A DNA stretch of 64,000 nucleotides from Clostridia bacterium. GTDB taxonomy: Bacteria > Bacillota > Clostridia > Christensenellales > Aristaeellaceae. The stretch is taken from contig JAZSRC010000016.1 in the NCBI GenBank assembly GCA_045538305.1, positions 88,280 to 152,279 of the forward strand, read 5' to 3'. The position numbers were made by a program, and so were the translations under genes. Positions 9,832 to 18,727 of the stretch are shown one piece after another (positions within the stretch are counted from its first letter, which is position 1; the number at the start of each line of letters is the position of its first letter). The notes beneath the pieces were generated by a model. That model saw only the letters and a list, made by a program, of their open reading frames with translations. It had not been told where the DNA came from and ran no database searches.

Positions 9832-10869
9832 ATGACGAAGGATTATGCGGTATACGCAGTAAACGAAGCGGTAAAGCTGATTGCCGTAGACAGCCCCAGC
9901 GGCTTTACAGCAAACGCGGCAAAATGGGTGGCGGATGCATTTTCAGAACTTGGATATCCGTCTGAGATCACAGTAAAGGGCGGCGTGCTTATCGACCTTG
10001 GCGGCGAAGACAAAGACGACGCGCTGTTTTTGGAAGCCCATGCCGATACGCTCGGCGCAATGGTTTGCCAGATTAAGTCAAACGGCCGGCTGAGGGTGAC
10101 AAACCTTGGCGGCATGCGAGCAGAAAATGCAGAGGCGGAGAATGTGCGCGTGTATACCCGCAGCGGGCGCGCAATCGAAGGCACCCTGCAGCTGGTGAAC
10201 GCCTCGGTTCACGTAAACGGAAAATACGGCGATACCAAGCGCACGTTCGACGCAATGGAGGTTGTACTGGACGAAGACGTTACCAGCGAGGCCGACGCCC
10301 GCGCGCTTGGGCTCGAGGTGGGCGACATCGTATGCTTTGATCCCAAAACCCGCATCACCGAGTCCGGCTATATCAAAAGCCGCTTTCTGGATGACAAGCT
10401 GTCCGTAGGCATACTGCTTGGTCTTGCAAAGTACATGAAGGATAAAAACACTTCCCCCGCCCGCCGCGTGTACGCGCACGTTACCGTGTATGAAGAGGTC
10501 GGGCACGGCGGCTCCGCATCCGTCCCTGCGGGCGTTACGGAGGCCATCAGCGTAGATATGGGCTGCGTCGGTGAAGGCCTCAGCTGCACCGAAAAAATGG
10601 TGTCTATTTGTGCGAAAGATTCCGGAGGCCCTTACAGCTACGAAGTGACCGGCAAGCTGATTGAAGCGGCAAAGAAGGAAAATGCCCAATACGCGGTGGA
10701 TATCTACCCGCACTACGGCTCCGATGTTGAAGCCACGCTGCGCTCGGGCCATGATATTCGCCACGGGCTGATTGGCGCAGGCGTTTACGCCAGCCACGGA
10801 TATGAGCGAAGTCACATGGACGGCGTACTCAATACGCTGAAAGTATTGAAGGGCTATCTGAACCTGTAA
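9832..10869 (+). CDS. M42 family metallo-aminopeptidase (FrvX/PepA-like)
   Basis: M42 glutamyl-aminopeptidase-like fold signature (HADTLGAMV, DDK, GHGG) and a length of 345 aa. Confidence 0.82.
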   Translation: MTKDYAVYAVNEAVKLIAVDSPSGFTANAAKWVADAFSELGYPSEITVKGGVLIDLGGEDKDDALFLEAHADTLGAMVCQIKSNGRLRVTNLGGMRAENAEAENVRVYTRSGRAIEGTLQLVNASVHVNGKYGDTKRTFDAMEVVLDEDVTSEADARALGLEVGDIVCFDPKTRITESGYIKSRFLDDKLSVGILLGLAKYMKDKNTSPARRVYAHVTVYEEVGHGGSASVPAGVTEAISVDMGCVGEGLSCTEKMVSICAKDSGGPYSYEVTGKLIEAAKKENAQYAVDIYPHYGSDVEATLRSGHDIRHGLIGAGVYASHGYERSHMDGVLNTLKVLKGYLNL

Positions 10870-10929
10870 TCCGAGTAAAGTATAAATACATATAAATGAC
10901 ACAATTTCAGTTGTGTATTTACAATCAAA

Positions 10930-10982
10930 TGGTATAATACCCTCCATCACAGCCCGAATCGGGCAACGGGAGGGTATTTTTT
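10930..10982 (+). promoter_or_regulatory. extended -10 (TGgTATAAT) followed by a terminator-like hairpin (CCCTCC..GGGAGGG plus T8) whose 3' arm is the RBS of the downstream gene
   Basis: TATAAT at 10933-10938; stem 10940-10945/10969-10974 with inner hairpin GCCCG-aat-CGGGC; T-run 10976-10982; ATG at 10983. Confidence 0.45.
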
Positions 10983-11585
10983 ATGGCAATCATCAGCGTG
11001 TTGATTTCTGCGGTATTTGCGGGAAGTATGATCGGCATCGCGGGCACTACCAGCTTAAGCGCAGGCAATACTTATATCGGTTCGCTGCTTTTCTGTGTGG
11101 GACTGTACACGATCTGCGCCTTTGGCCTCAGGCTGTACACCGGCCGCGTAGGATATGTGATTGACGATCATTCAAAGGAAAACCTGATCCATCTGCTCCT
11201 CACCTGGATCGGTAACTTTATCGGCGCGGCGCTTACGGGCTATGTCGTTTCTCTTGCAAAGCCCGATTTGAAAGCGCTATGCGAAAATATCGCAAACAAT
11301 CGACTCGCCCAGAATTTCGGCGTTACCATCGCCATGGCCTTTTTCTGCGGTATGCTGATGTACATTGCCGTTCACACCTATAAAATCACCAGCGGCAAGG
11401 TGCTTGGCATGCTTCTGTGCGTACCCGCTTTCATCATCAGCGGCTTTGAGCACAGCGTCGCCGATATGTACTATTTCGCATGCGCCGGCGCGTTTGCAAA
11501 GAGCATCCTTCACATTCTGCTGGTATCCGTCGGCAACGCGCTGGGCGCAATTGCAGTCGCGTATGCCATGCGATTCAAAAAGTAA
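10983..11585 (+). CDS. formate/nitrite transporter (FNT) family-like membrane protein, short form
   Basis: Hydrophobic six-helix pattern and an FNT-like signature GFEHSVADMYYF. At 200 aa it is shorter than canonical FocA, so the assignment is tentative. Confidence 0.5.
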   Translation: MAIISVLISAVFAGSMIGIAGTTSLSAGNTYIGSLLFCVGLYTICAFGLRLYTGRVGYVIDDHSKENLIHLLLTWIGNFIGAALTGYVVSLAKPDLKALCENIANNRLAQNFGVTIAMAFFCGMLMYIAVHTYKITSGKVLGMLLCVPAFIISGFEHSVADMYYFACAGAFAKSILHILLVSVGNALGAIAVAYAMRFKK

Positions 11586-11602
11586 TTCAGAAGTATATCT
11601 CT

Positions 11603-11638
11603 CGGGGCGCAGAATCATGGTTCTGCGCCTTGTTTATA
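11603..11638 (+). terminator. intrinsic terminator (GGGGCGCAGAA..TTCTGCGCC plus T-rich)
   Basis: Stem 11604-11629 followed by TTGTTTAT. Confidence 0.55.
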
Positions 11639-11661
11639 CAGCAAAAACACCTATATAGCAC

Positions 11662-11690
11662 TTGACGCTCCGGGTATTTCATACTACAAT
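11662..11690 (+). promoter_or_regulatory. sigma-A-like promoter for pepF (TTGACG, 17 nt spacer, TACAAT)
   Basis: Hexamers at 11662-11667 and 11685-11690 with a 17 nt spacer. Confidence 0.45.
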
Positions 11691-11744
11691 ACCAATATGG
11701 AAATATGCGGTATTTTTCCGCCTTATATTCAGGAGGATACTTAC

Positions 11745-13499
11745 ATGAAGGATGCAACCTGGGATCTTTCCGTATTTTACATGGACTTTGAAGATCCGGC
11801 TCTCAGACGCGATATCGACAGCGTTGGCAAAATCCTTTCGGAAATGGAAGACATTCTTTCGGCCGAAGCCTGCCATCTCAGCAAGCTTGAAAAACTAATC
11901 GAAAAAGAAGAAACTCTCGTGTATACCCTCAGCCGCGCCTTTGGCTTCGTGCAGCTTACGCTGGCCGCCGATACGAACAATCTGGACGCACTGAAGCTGC
12001 TGGGCGAAATGAGCAGCCTGATGGTAAGCGTACAGCTGATGTCCAGCAAAATCACGCGCTTTGTCGGCGCCATTCAAGATATTGACGCTATCATCGAAAA
12101 ATCCGAATTGCTGAAGAAGAACGCGTTTGTGATTGCCGAAATAAAGGAAAGCGCATCGCACATGCTGCCGGAGGATATGGAAAAATGGATGCTTCGCATG
12201 TCGCTTGACGGCGCAGACGCTTTCTCCAAGCTGCGCGATCGCCTGATGGGTTCCCACACCGTAGAGCTGAACGGCGAAACGCTGCCCCTTCCGGCTGTTC
12301 GCGGCATGGCCTACGATCCCGATCCGTCTGTTCGCAAGGCGGCATACGAAGCGGAGCTGGCTTCCTATAAAAAGATCGAAACCGCAATGGCCTACTGCAT
12401 CAGCTGCATCAAGGGCGAAGCAATTACGATGTGCGAAATCAAGAATTATCCCGACAACCTTATCCAGCAGCTCAGCGAAAGCCGCATGGACAAGGAAACG
12501 CTTGATGCCATGCTGACCGCCATCCGCGAATACCTTCCTCACTTCAGAAGGTATCTTAAGAAAAAGGCAGAGCTTCTGGGCCATAAAAACGGACTGCCGT
12601 TTTACGATCTGTTCGCGCCCGTAGGCAAAAGCACCAAAAAATACACCGCCGAGGAAGCGCAGGCGCTGCTGGTTGACGTATTCAACAAGGTTAATCCGGA
12701 AATGGGCGAATTTATCAACCATGCGTTTGAAAACCGCTGGATTGACATGTATCCGCGCGAGGGCAAAGAGGGCGGTGCATTCTGCGCAGGTTTCCATGAG
12801 AAGAAGCTTAGCCGCGTTCTTACCAACTTTGTGGGCAGCTTTTCCGACGTATCCACCATCGCTCATGAGCTGGGACATGCATGGCATAACAAATGTCTGG
12901 AAACCATGCCGTGCCTGATGGCCGATCCGCCCATGCCGCTTGCGGAAACCGCTTCCATTTTCAATGAAACCCTGCTCAGCCATGTCGTACTTTCCGGTGC
13001 CGATGAAGATATGCGCCTTTCCCTGTTGGAAAGCAGCCTGATGGAATCCACGCAGACAATCGTTGATATTTACAGCCGCTTCCTGTTTGAAAGCGCCGTA
13101 TTCGAAGCGCGTAAAAATGGCATCCCCACGGCAGGCGAGCTGAACGAAATGATGCTCAACGCCCAGCGGGAAGCCTACGGCGACGGATTGGATCCCGAAG
13201 TGCTTCACAGCGGTATGTGGATCTGCAAGAGCCATTACTACAATGTAGGTCTGCATTTCTACAATTTCCCCTACGCCTTTGGCCATCTGTTCGGACTGGG
13301 CGTATTTGAAAAATATCTGAAAGAAGGCGCTTCCTTCCTGCCCAAGTACAATCAGCTGCTCGCCAGCTGTGGCAGCGGCAAAATTGCGGATGTAGCTGCC
13401 AGCGTCGGCATTGACGTGCGCTCGGTTGATTACTGGAGAAGCGCGCTTGAAGGTATCCGTAAGGAAGTTGACGAGTTTATCGAATTGTGCAGCAAGTAA
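11745..13499 (+). CDS. pepF: oligoendopeptidase F (M3B family)
   Basis: Zinc motif HELGHAWH, length about 585 aa, RBS GGAGG 8 nt before the ATG at 11745. Confidence 0.88.
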   Translation: MKDATWDLSVFYMDFEDPALRRDIDSVGKILSEMEDILSAEACHLSKLEKLIEKEETLVYTLSRAFGFVQLTLAADTNNLDALKLLGEMSSLMVSVQLMSSKITRFVGAIQDIDAIIEKSELLKKNAFVIAEIKESASHMLPEDMEKWMLRMSLDGADAFSKLRDRLMGSHTVELNGETLPLPAVRGMAYDPDPSVRKAAYEAELASYKKIETAMAYCISCIKGEAITMCEIKNYPDNLIQQLSESRMDKETLDAMLTAIREYLPHFRRYLKKKAELLGHKNGLPFYDLFAPVGKSTKKYTAEEAQALLVDVFNKVNPEMGEFINHAFENRWIDMYPREGKEGGAFCAGFHEKKLSRVLTNFVGSFSDVSTIAHELGHAWHNKCLETMPCLMADPPMPLAETASIFNETLLSHVVLSGADEDMRLSLLESSLMESTQTIVDIYSRFLFESAVFEARKNGIPTAGELNEMMLNAQREAYGDGLDPEVLHSGMWICKSHYYNVGLHFYNFPYAFGHLFGLGVFEKYLKEGASFLPKYNQLLASCGSGKIADVAASVGIDVRSVDYWRSALEGIRKEVDEFIELCSK

Positions 13500-13510
13500 T
13501 ACAAGCGCAA

Positions 13511-13556
13511 AACAACGGGGTTCTGCAAGATCAATCTTGCAGAACCCCGGTTTTTT
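13511..13556. terminator. bidirectional terminator between convergent pepF and the DUF1015 gene
   Basis: AACGGGGTTCTGCAAGA..TCTTGCAGAACCCCGG flanked by an A-run and a T-run. Confidence 0.6.
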
Positions 13557-14790
13557 ATACAATTTTTCGAACTTCCATATAGTATCGCTTTTCATGCGCC
13601 TCGCCCATGGAGAATGTCTTTCTGGGCAAAACGCCGCCCGAGCGTATGGACGGAAACAACAGCCCTTTATCGATTGCTCCAAGCAAAATGCCCGTATTTT
13701 TGTTGACGGCAAGCGAACGCACGGCTTCTTCCCCGTGTACATAATCTATATGGATTTCGCTGTGCTCCTTCAGGTATTCGTCCAGAAACGGCTGAAGAAT
13801 GGCTACCGGCAGCGCCTGCTCGCCTGAGACGGAAATACCGGTTTCTTTTTCGCCGGACACGAACACAATATCGCGTCCCTCTACAGCCGTCAAACCCTTT
13901 TTCTGAAGGTAGGCGGTAAAGTTATGCAAAACGCTGTCAGCGTCCGCCGAAAACAACACCCTGTGAATGGGCTCAAATACGAGCGCCGGCGAATGCAGAT
14001 TGACAATCTCGCACAGCGCATATTTCGCCGGGTGCGTTTCCCATTCGCTTTGATCAAGCGTTTGCTTGCACTTCTCCCAGCACGCCTTCGCCGTTGCAAG
14101 GGAATGGTTGCCGTCGCCAACCGCATACAGAAAACCGTCTGCGCGCGCATTCAATACGCCCAGCGCATCCGATAGCATGTTCAGATGCTCATCCTTTGTA
14201 ACGCTCCATCCGCGCAAATGACCGCCGCCCAGCATGAGCTCAAAATCATATAGCGGCTCATCCTCTCTGACGGCTGCATAGATTGCTTCCACCGTCAGGC
14301 ATTCGGGATCGTCAATCAACATCATAATGTGCGGCGATTCAATGAGAGCGCCGTCGCGGATTTTCACGCGCGGCGGAATTCGCTCAGTAATCGTGCCTTC
14401 GGTTGCGCGGATTAGCGGCTGTACGCCGGGGGCATAGTCATACTGATCCAGATCCACAGCGGCAATCAGGCCCAGTCGCGCGCCGCTTTCCGTCCTGCGC
14501 TCGGTCAATATAAAACCGTCCCGTACGCGCGGCTCTATAACGCCCTTTTCCAGGTATTCCTTCATTGCGCTTCTGATCAGGGGTATGGTTTTTTCAGCCT
14601 CCGCCAGATAAATCTCCGGCTGAATAATTCTGAGCGTGGAGGGCGCGTCCGAAACGATGGCCTCCGCCTTTTCCCAATAATCCTTTTGGGATGTATACTG
14701 ATCGCAGGCAACAACCGCCCACTTGGCAGGATCAACATGCTTTGCAGGCAGATAGATATCCGCAGGCATTATGCCCGGAAAACTCCGCAT
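13555..14790 (-). CDS. DUF1015 domain protein
   Basis: Typical DUF1015 N-terminus and size (411 aa). It sits immediately downstream of serA-serC on the same strand, a recurring linkage. Confidence 0.75.
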   Translation of the reverse strand: MRSFPGIMPADIYLPAKHVDPAKWAVVACDQYTSQKDYWEKAEAIVSDAPSTLRIIQPEIYLAEAEKTIPLIRSAMKEYLEKGVIEPRVRDGFILTERRTESGARLGLIAAVDLDQYDYAPGVQPLIRATEGTITERIPPRVKIRDGALIESPHIMMLIDDPECLTVEAIYAAVREDEPLYDFELMLGGGHLRGWSVTKDEHLNMLSDALGVLNARADGFLYAVGDGNHSLATAKACWEKCKQTLDQSEWETHPAKYALCEIVNLHSPALVFEPIHRVLFSADADSVLHNFTAYLQKKGLTAVEGRDIVFVSGEKETGISVSGEQALPVAILQPFLDEYLKEHSEIHIDYVHGEEAVRSLAVNKNTGILLGAIDKGLLFPSIRSGGVLPRKTFSMGEAHEKRYYMEVRKIV

Positions 14791-14864
14791 GGGAAAACCC
14801 CCTTTTTATAAAAACAGAGCATTCACGCGTGGAAGTACGCATGAATGCTCAATCATGCTATGCG

Positions 14865-16034
14865 TCAGCCGGTAATCACGCGCACGCGGTATACAGTGGC
14901 AAGCGCAGCGATTTCGTTCTGAACATCAGCGTCAATTGCAGTGTCAACGTCAAGGCAGGTATAGGCATACTTGCCGCGTGATTTATTGAGCATGTGCTCG
15001 ATGTTGATATTCCGCTGAGAAATGAGCGAGGTAATCGAGCTTACAACGTTGGGCACGTTCTGATGCAGAACGATGATTCGCGGGCAGGTCACGCGGCCCG
15101 GATCGGCGTCGGGATAGTTGACCGAGTGCAGAATCGCACCGTTTTTCAGATAGTCGTCTACCTGCTTTGCTACCATGCGCACGCAGTTATCCTCGCTCTC
15201 GGGCGTGGAAGCTCCGATGTGTGGAAGGCATACAGCGCCCTTTACACCCAGCAGCTTTTCCGTCGGGAAGTCGCAGATATAACGGCGCAGCTGGCCGCTT
15301 TCAAGCGCCTCAATGATATCTTCCGTTACGCACAGCTCGCCGCGCGCAAAGTTCAGAAGGCAGGCGCCCTTCTTCATGCGGGAAATCAGCGCCTTATCGA
15401 ACTTTCCTTTCGTATCGGCGTTCAGCGGAACATGCACGGTGATATAGTCGGCGTTTTCGATAATCTCTTCTTCGCTCTTTGCGTGCTTTACCGCGCGGGA
15501 CAGCATCCATGCGTTATCGACGGAAATATAGGGATCATAGCCCATAACTTCCATGCCAAGCGCCGCAGCGGCGTTCGCCACCAGAAGACCAATGGCGCCA
15601 AGACCGATAACACCCAGCGTCTTACCCTGAATTTCGGGGCCGACAAACGCTTTTTTGCCCTTTTCCACGAGCTTTTCTACATTTTCACCCTCGCCCTTCA
15701 GGCCCTGCGCCCACTCGCTTCCGCCAATAATATCGCGCGAAGCCAGCAGAAGGCCGGCAATGACAAGCTCCTTAACAGCATTTGCATTCGCTCCGGGAGA
15801 GTTGAATACGACAACGCCCTTCTCGGCATATGCATCCAGCGGAATATTATTTACGCCAACGCCCGCGCGGGCAACGGCCAGCACATTTTCTTCCAGCTCA
15901 TAGGAATGCATGTCTGCGCTTCTGACAATAATGGCGTCGGGATTTACGGCGTCCTTATCCAGAAAGTATTCGTTTTCCGAAATCACGTCGCGCCATACGG
16001 GCGAAACAGGATTCAGCAGTTTTATATTCTTCAT
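14865..16034 (-). CDS. serA: D-3-phosphoglycerate dehydrogenase (short form with ACT domain)
   Basis: 2-hydroxyacid dehydrogenase NAD-binding GxGxxG (GVIGLGAIGLL), catalytic domain and C-terminal ACT-like domain. Confidence 0.88.
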   Translation of the reverse strand: MKNIKLLNPVSPVWRDVISENEYFLDKDAVNPDAIIVRSADMHSYELEENVLAVARAGVGVNNIPLDAYAEKGVVVFNSPGANANAVKELVIAGLLLASRDIIGGSEWAQGLKGEGENVEKLVEKGKKAFVGPEIQGKTLGVIGLGAIGLLVANAAAALGMEVMGYDPYISVDNAWMLSRAVKHAKSEEEIIENADYITVHVPLNADTKGKFDKALISRMKKGACLLNFARGELCVTEDIIEALESGQLRRYICDFPTEKLLGVKGAVCLPHIGASTPESEDNCVRMVAKQVDDYLKNGAILHSVNYPDADPGRVTCPRIIVLHQNVPNVVSSITSLISQRNINIEHMLNKSRGKYAYTCLDVDTAIDADVQNEIAALATVYRVRVITG

Positions 16035-16036
16035 GT

Positions 16037-17113
16037 CTATACACGCTCCACTTCGAATTGCTTCATAATCTTGATCAGCTTCTGAACGCCCTCTACGCTC
16101 ATGGCATTATAGATGGACGCGCGCATGCCGCCAACCAGACGATGGCCCTTGATGTTCAAAATGCCATTGCTCTGCGCGTATTTTACAAACTCGGCGTCCA
16201 CATCGGGATTGTCGGTGCGGAAGGTTACGTTCATCAGCGAACGATATTCGCGCTTTGCAGTGCCCTTGAACAGCTTGCTTTCGTCCAGATAATCGTACAG
16301 AAGCTTCGCCTTCAGCTGGTTGCGCATATAGATTACGCGCACGCCGCCCTCTTTTTTCAGCCATTCCATGCAAAGGCCGGCCATATAAATGGAGTAAGTG
16401 GTGGGCGTATTCAGCATGCTGCCGTTTTCCGCCATCTTCGTCCAGTCCAGCACCTTGGGTGTATTGGGATTTGCACGGCCGAGCAGATCTTTGCGAACGA
16501 TTACGACAACAACGCCGGCAGGGCCGATGTTCTTCTGAGCGCCGGCAAAGATGACGCCAAACTTATTGACGTCCATAGGCTCGGACAGAATATTGCTGGA
16601 CATATCGGCAACCAGCGGCACATTACCGGTATCGGGAATGGAGGTATAGCGGGTGCCGAAAATGGTGTTGTTGGTCGTAATGTAGAAATAATCAGCATTC
16701 GGATTCAAGTTTTCGGGCTTGATTTCGGGAATATAGGTATAGTTATCGTCCCGGGAGGAAGCAACGATACGAATATCGCCGTACTTCTTCGCTTCCACAA
16801 GCGCGCCATGGGCAAAATTGCCGCTGTCAACATAATCTGCAGACGTTTTCAGAAGGTTCATCGGAACGGCCGCAAACTGGCCGGTCGCACCGCCCTGAAG
16901 CAGCAGAACCTCATAATCGTCGCTGATTCCCATCAGCTCCCGAAGAAGGCTGACCGTGTGATCAAAAATCTCGATATAGCCCTTAGATCGGTGACTCATC
17001 TCCATGACGGACATACCGGTTCCCTTATAGGAAAGCATCTCAGATGCGGCGCGCTCAAGCGCCTCCTCCGGCAGCATGGACGGTCCCGCGGCAAAGTTGT
17101 ATACTCGATTCAT
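16037..17113 (-). CDS. serC: phosphoserine aminotransferase
   Basis: Class-V aminotransferase with SerC N-terminus MNRVYNFAAGPSMLP. RBS GGGAG lies before the ATG at 17113; the longer ORF-track start is unsupported. Confidence 0.88.
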   Translation of the reverse strand: MNRVYNFAAGPSMLPEEALERAASEMLSYKGTGMSVMEMSHRSKGYIEIFDHTVSLLRELMGISDDYEVLLLQGGATGQFAAVPMNLLKTSADYVDSGNFAHGALVEAKKYGDIRIVASSRDDNYTYIPEIKPENLNPNADYFYITTNNTIFGTRYTSIPDTGNVPLVADMSSNILSEPMDVNKFGVIFAGAQKNIGPAGVVVVIVRKDLLGRANPNTPKVLDWTKMAENGSMLNTPTTYSIYMAGLCMEWLKKEGGVRVIYMRNQLKAKLLYDYLDESKLFKGTAKREYRSLMNVTFRTDNPDVDAEFVKYAQSNGILNIKGHRLVGGMRASIYNAMSVEGVQKLIKIMKQFEVERV

Positions 17114-17148
17114 ACACGTTATCTCCCTTCGGAAAGTTATACATTGCA

Positions 17149-17177
17149 TTATACGCTGAACGAGAAAAAAATGCAAG
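17149..17177 (-). promoter_or_regulatory. sigma-A promoter for serC (TTGCAT, 17 nt spacer, TATAAT)
   Basis: On the minus strand: TTGCAT (plus 17172-17177), 17 nt spacer, TATAAT (plus 17149-17154). Confidence 0.45.
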
Positions 17178-17263
17178 AGGAAATATGGATATCATGCAAT
17201 TTTTGTTTTAGAAGCAAAAAACCGACCCGTGAATGAATCGGATCGATTATAAAAAAATCATTT

Positions 17264-17926
17264 TTAATTTGTTCCCTTTTTGGCAATCAAAAATTTGATC
17301 GGGATGCCCTCGGAAGAAAACATCTTCTCGTGCTCAGATTCGTAATTGGGCGAAAACCCGCTTTGGTGAAGGTCGTATGTAATATAAGGGATTTCAAACC
17401 CGGTTTCCCGAAAGTATTCAAGCGAATCCTGAAACAGCTGATCGTCGTCGGTTTTAAAGTAGATTTCGCCGCCGTCCGTCAGAAACTCTCTATAAAAGGT
17501 CAGCTGTCTGGTATGCGTCAGCCTGTGCTTCGCCTGCTTGGGGCGCTTATTCCAAGGATTGCAGAAGGAGATATAGATACGATCCACGCGATCCTCAGGC
17601 GCAAAAAACTTCCAGATGTATTCAATGTGGAAGTTGGTGAGCAAAAGATTGTTCACTTCCCTTACGCCCTTATACACATTCTCCGCATTCCGCTTCGCCA
17701 CGCCCATAATCGACGTATTGATATCAACGGCAACGTAGTTCACATTTTCGTTTTCAAGCGCCATCCGGCATGTGGAAACGCCCTTTCCGCAGCCAAGCTC
17801 CAGATGAAGGGGATGATCGTTTGGAAACGCCCGATTCCACTTCCCCCGCATTTCCGTAGGATCTTTCACATAAAACGGGCATTCGTCCAGCTCCGGCCGC
17901 GCCCATTTTTTGACTCGCATTCTCAT
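17264..17926 (-). CDS. trmB: tRNA (guanine46-N7)-methyltransferase
   Basis: SAM-MTase motif LELGCGKG and TrmB-type length (220 aa). Confidence 0.88.
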   Translation of the reverse strand: MRMRVKKWARPELDECPFYVKDPTEMRGKWNRAFPNDHPLHLELGCGKGVSTCRMALENENVNYVAVDINTSIMGVAKRNAENVYKGVREVNNLLLTNFHIEYIWKFFAPEDRVDRIYISFCNPWNKRPKQAKHRLTHTRQLTFYREFLTDGGEIYFKTDDDQLFQDSLEYFRETGFEIPYITYDLHQSGFSPNYESEHEKMFSSEGIPIKFLIAKKGTN

Positions 17927-17942
17927 AATCGCACATTCCTTA

Positions 17943-18716
17943 TCATGTAATCAGGTGAATTTCCGGTCTGGCGCCAAAGCGTATGGGAAACTTGCTGGTA
18001 CCGATGCCGTTGGACACGATAACGCGGCTGCGCCCAATCCGCCTGTCGCCAGATAAATGCGTAAACCGAAATTTACGCTCATAGCCCAAAAGCTCGTAGC
18101 AGGTAAAACACAATACGTTGATCTGTCCTCCGTGCGTGTGCCCGGAAAGCATAAGCTCGGGCGGCGTTTCACATTCCCGAAGCAAAAACGCATGCGGCGC
18201 ATGGGATACGAGTATGCGGTATACGCCCTCTTCGGAGGAAAACAGGCCTTTCGCCGACGGCGTATGCTTAAAGATATCGGCCACGCCCCCGATTTCCATT
18301 TTCTGTCTTCTGGGAATACTGACAACAGCGCATTCGTTTGAAAGCAAGCGTATACCCGCTTTTTCAAGTTCACTTCGAAACGCTCCTTCATCGCCCTTAA
18401 AACGCTGCGTATCGTTGTTTCCTTCAACGGCAAACATGCCATAGGGAACATTCATCCGTTTCGCGCGCTCGCAAAACAGATTGACGCCGTCGTCAAATTC
18501 CGAAATATCGCCGCCGAAAATCAACATCTCCGGCTTAAGCGCTTGCGTCACGGAAAACACCGTTTCCAGTATTTCCTCATAACCGCGCCTCATGTGCAAA
18601 TCCGACACAAACACAATCCGCACCGGCGCATTCGCCGAATGCTCGGAAACATGGGGTGGCTGCAAAAGCCTCTTACCCACATACAGCCCACCTGTAGGCT
18701 TCTGAAAATAGAACAA
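17943..18716 (-). CDS. calcineurin-like metallophosphoesterase (YkuE-like)
   Basis: MPE motifs VSDLH, GGD, GNND, SGHTHGGQ. Confidence 0.8.
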   Translation of the reverse strand: MFYFQKPTGGLYVGKRLLQPPHVSEHSANAPVRIVFVSDLHMRRGYEEILETVFSVTQALKPEMLIFGGDISEFDDGVNLFCERAKRMNVPYGMFAVEGNNDTQRFKGDEGAFRSELEKAGIRLLSNECAVVSIPRRQKMEIGGVADIFKHTPSAKGLFSSEEGVYRILVSHAPHAFLLRECETPPELMLSGHTHGGQINVLCFTCYELLGYERKFRFTHLSGDRRIGRSRVIVSNGIGTSKFPIRFGARPEIHLIT

Positions 18717-18727
18717 ACTGAATCTCC

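Noticed and set aside
11895-13742. 615-aa minus-strand ORF overlapping pepF
   Set aside because: This is an antisense shadow ORF. The plus-strand frame has the HEXXH zinc motif and an RBS-supported start.
14994-17236. 363-aa and 392-aa plus-strand ORFs antisense to serA and serC
   Set aside because: These are shadow ORFs in a GC-rich region. The real genes on the minus strand carry clear dehydrogenase and aminotransferase signatures.
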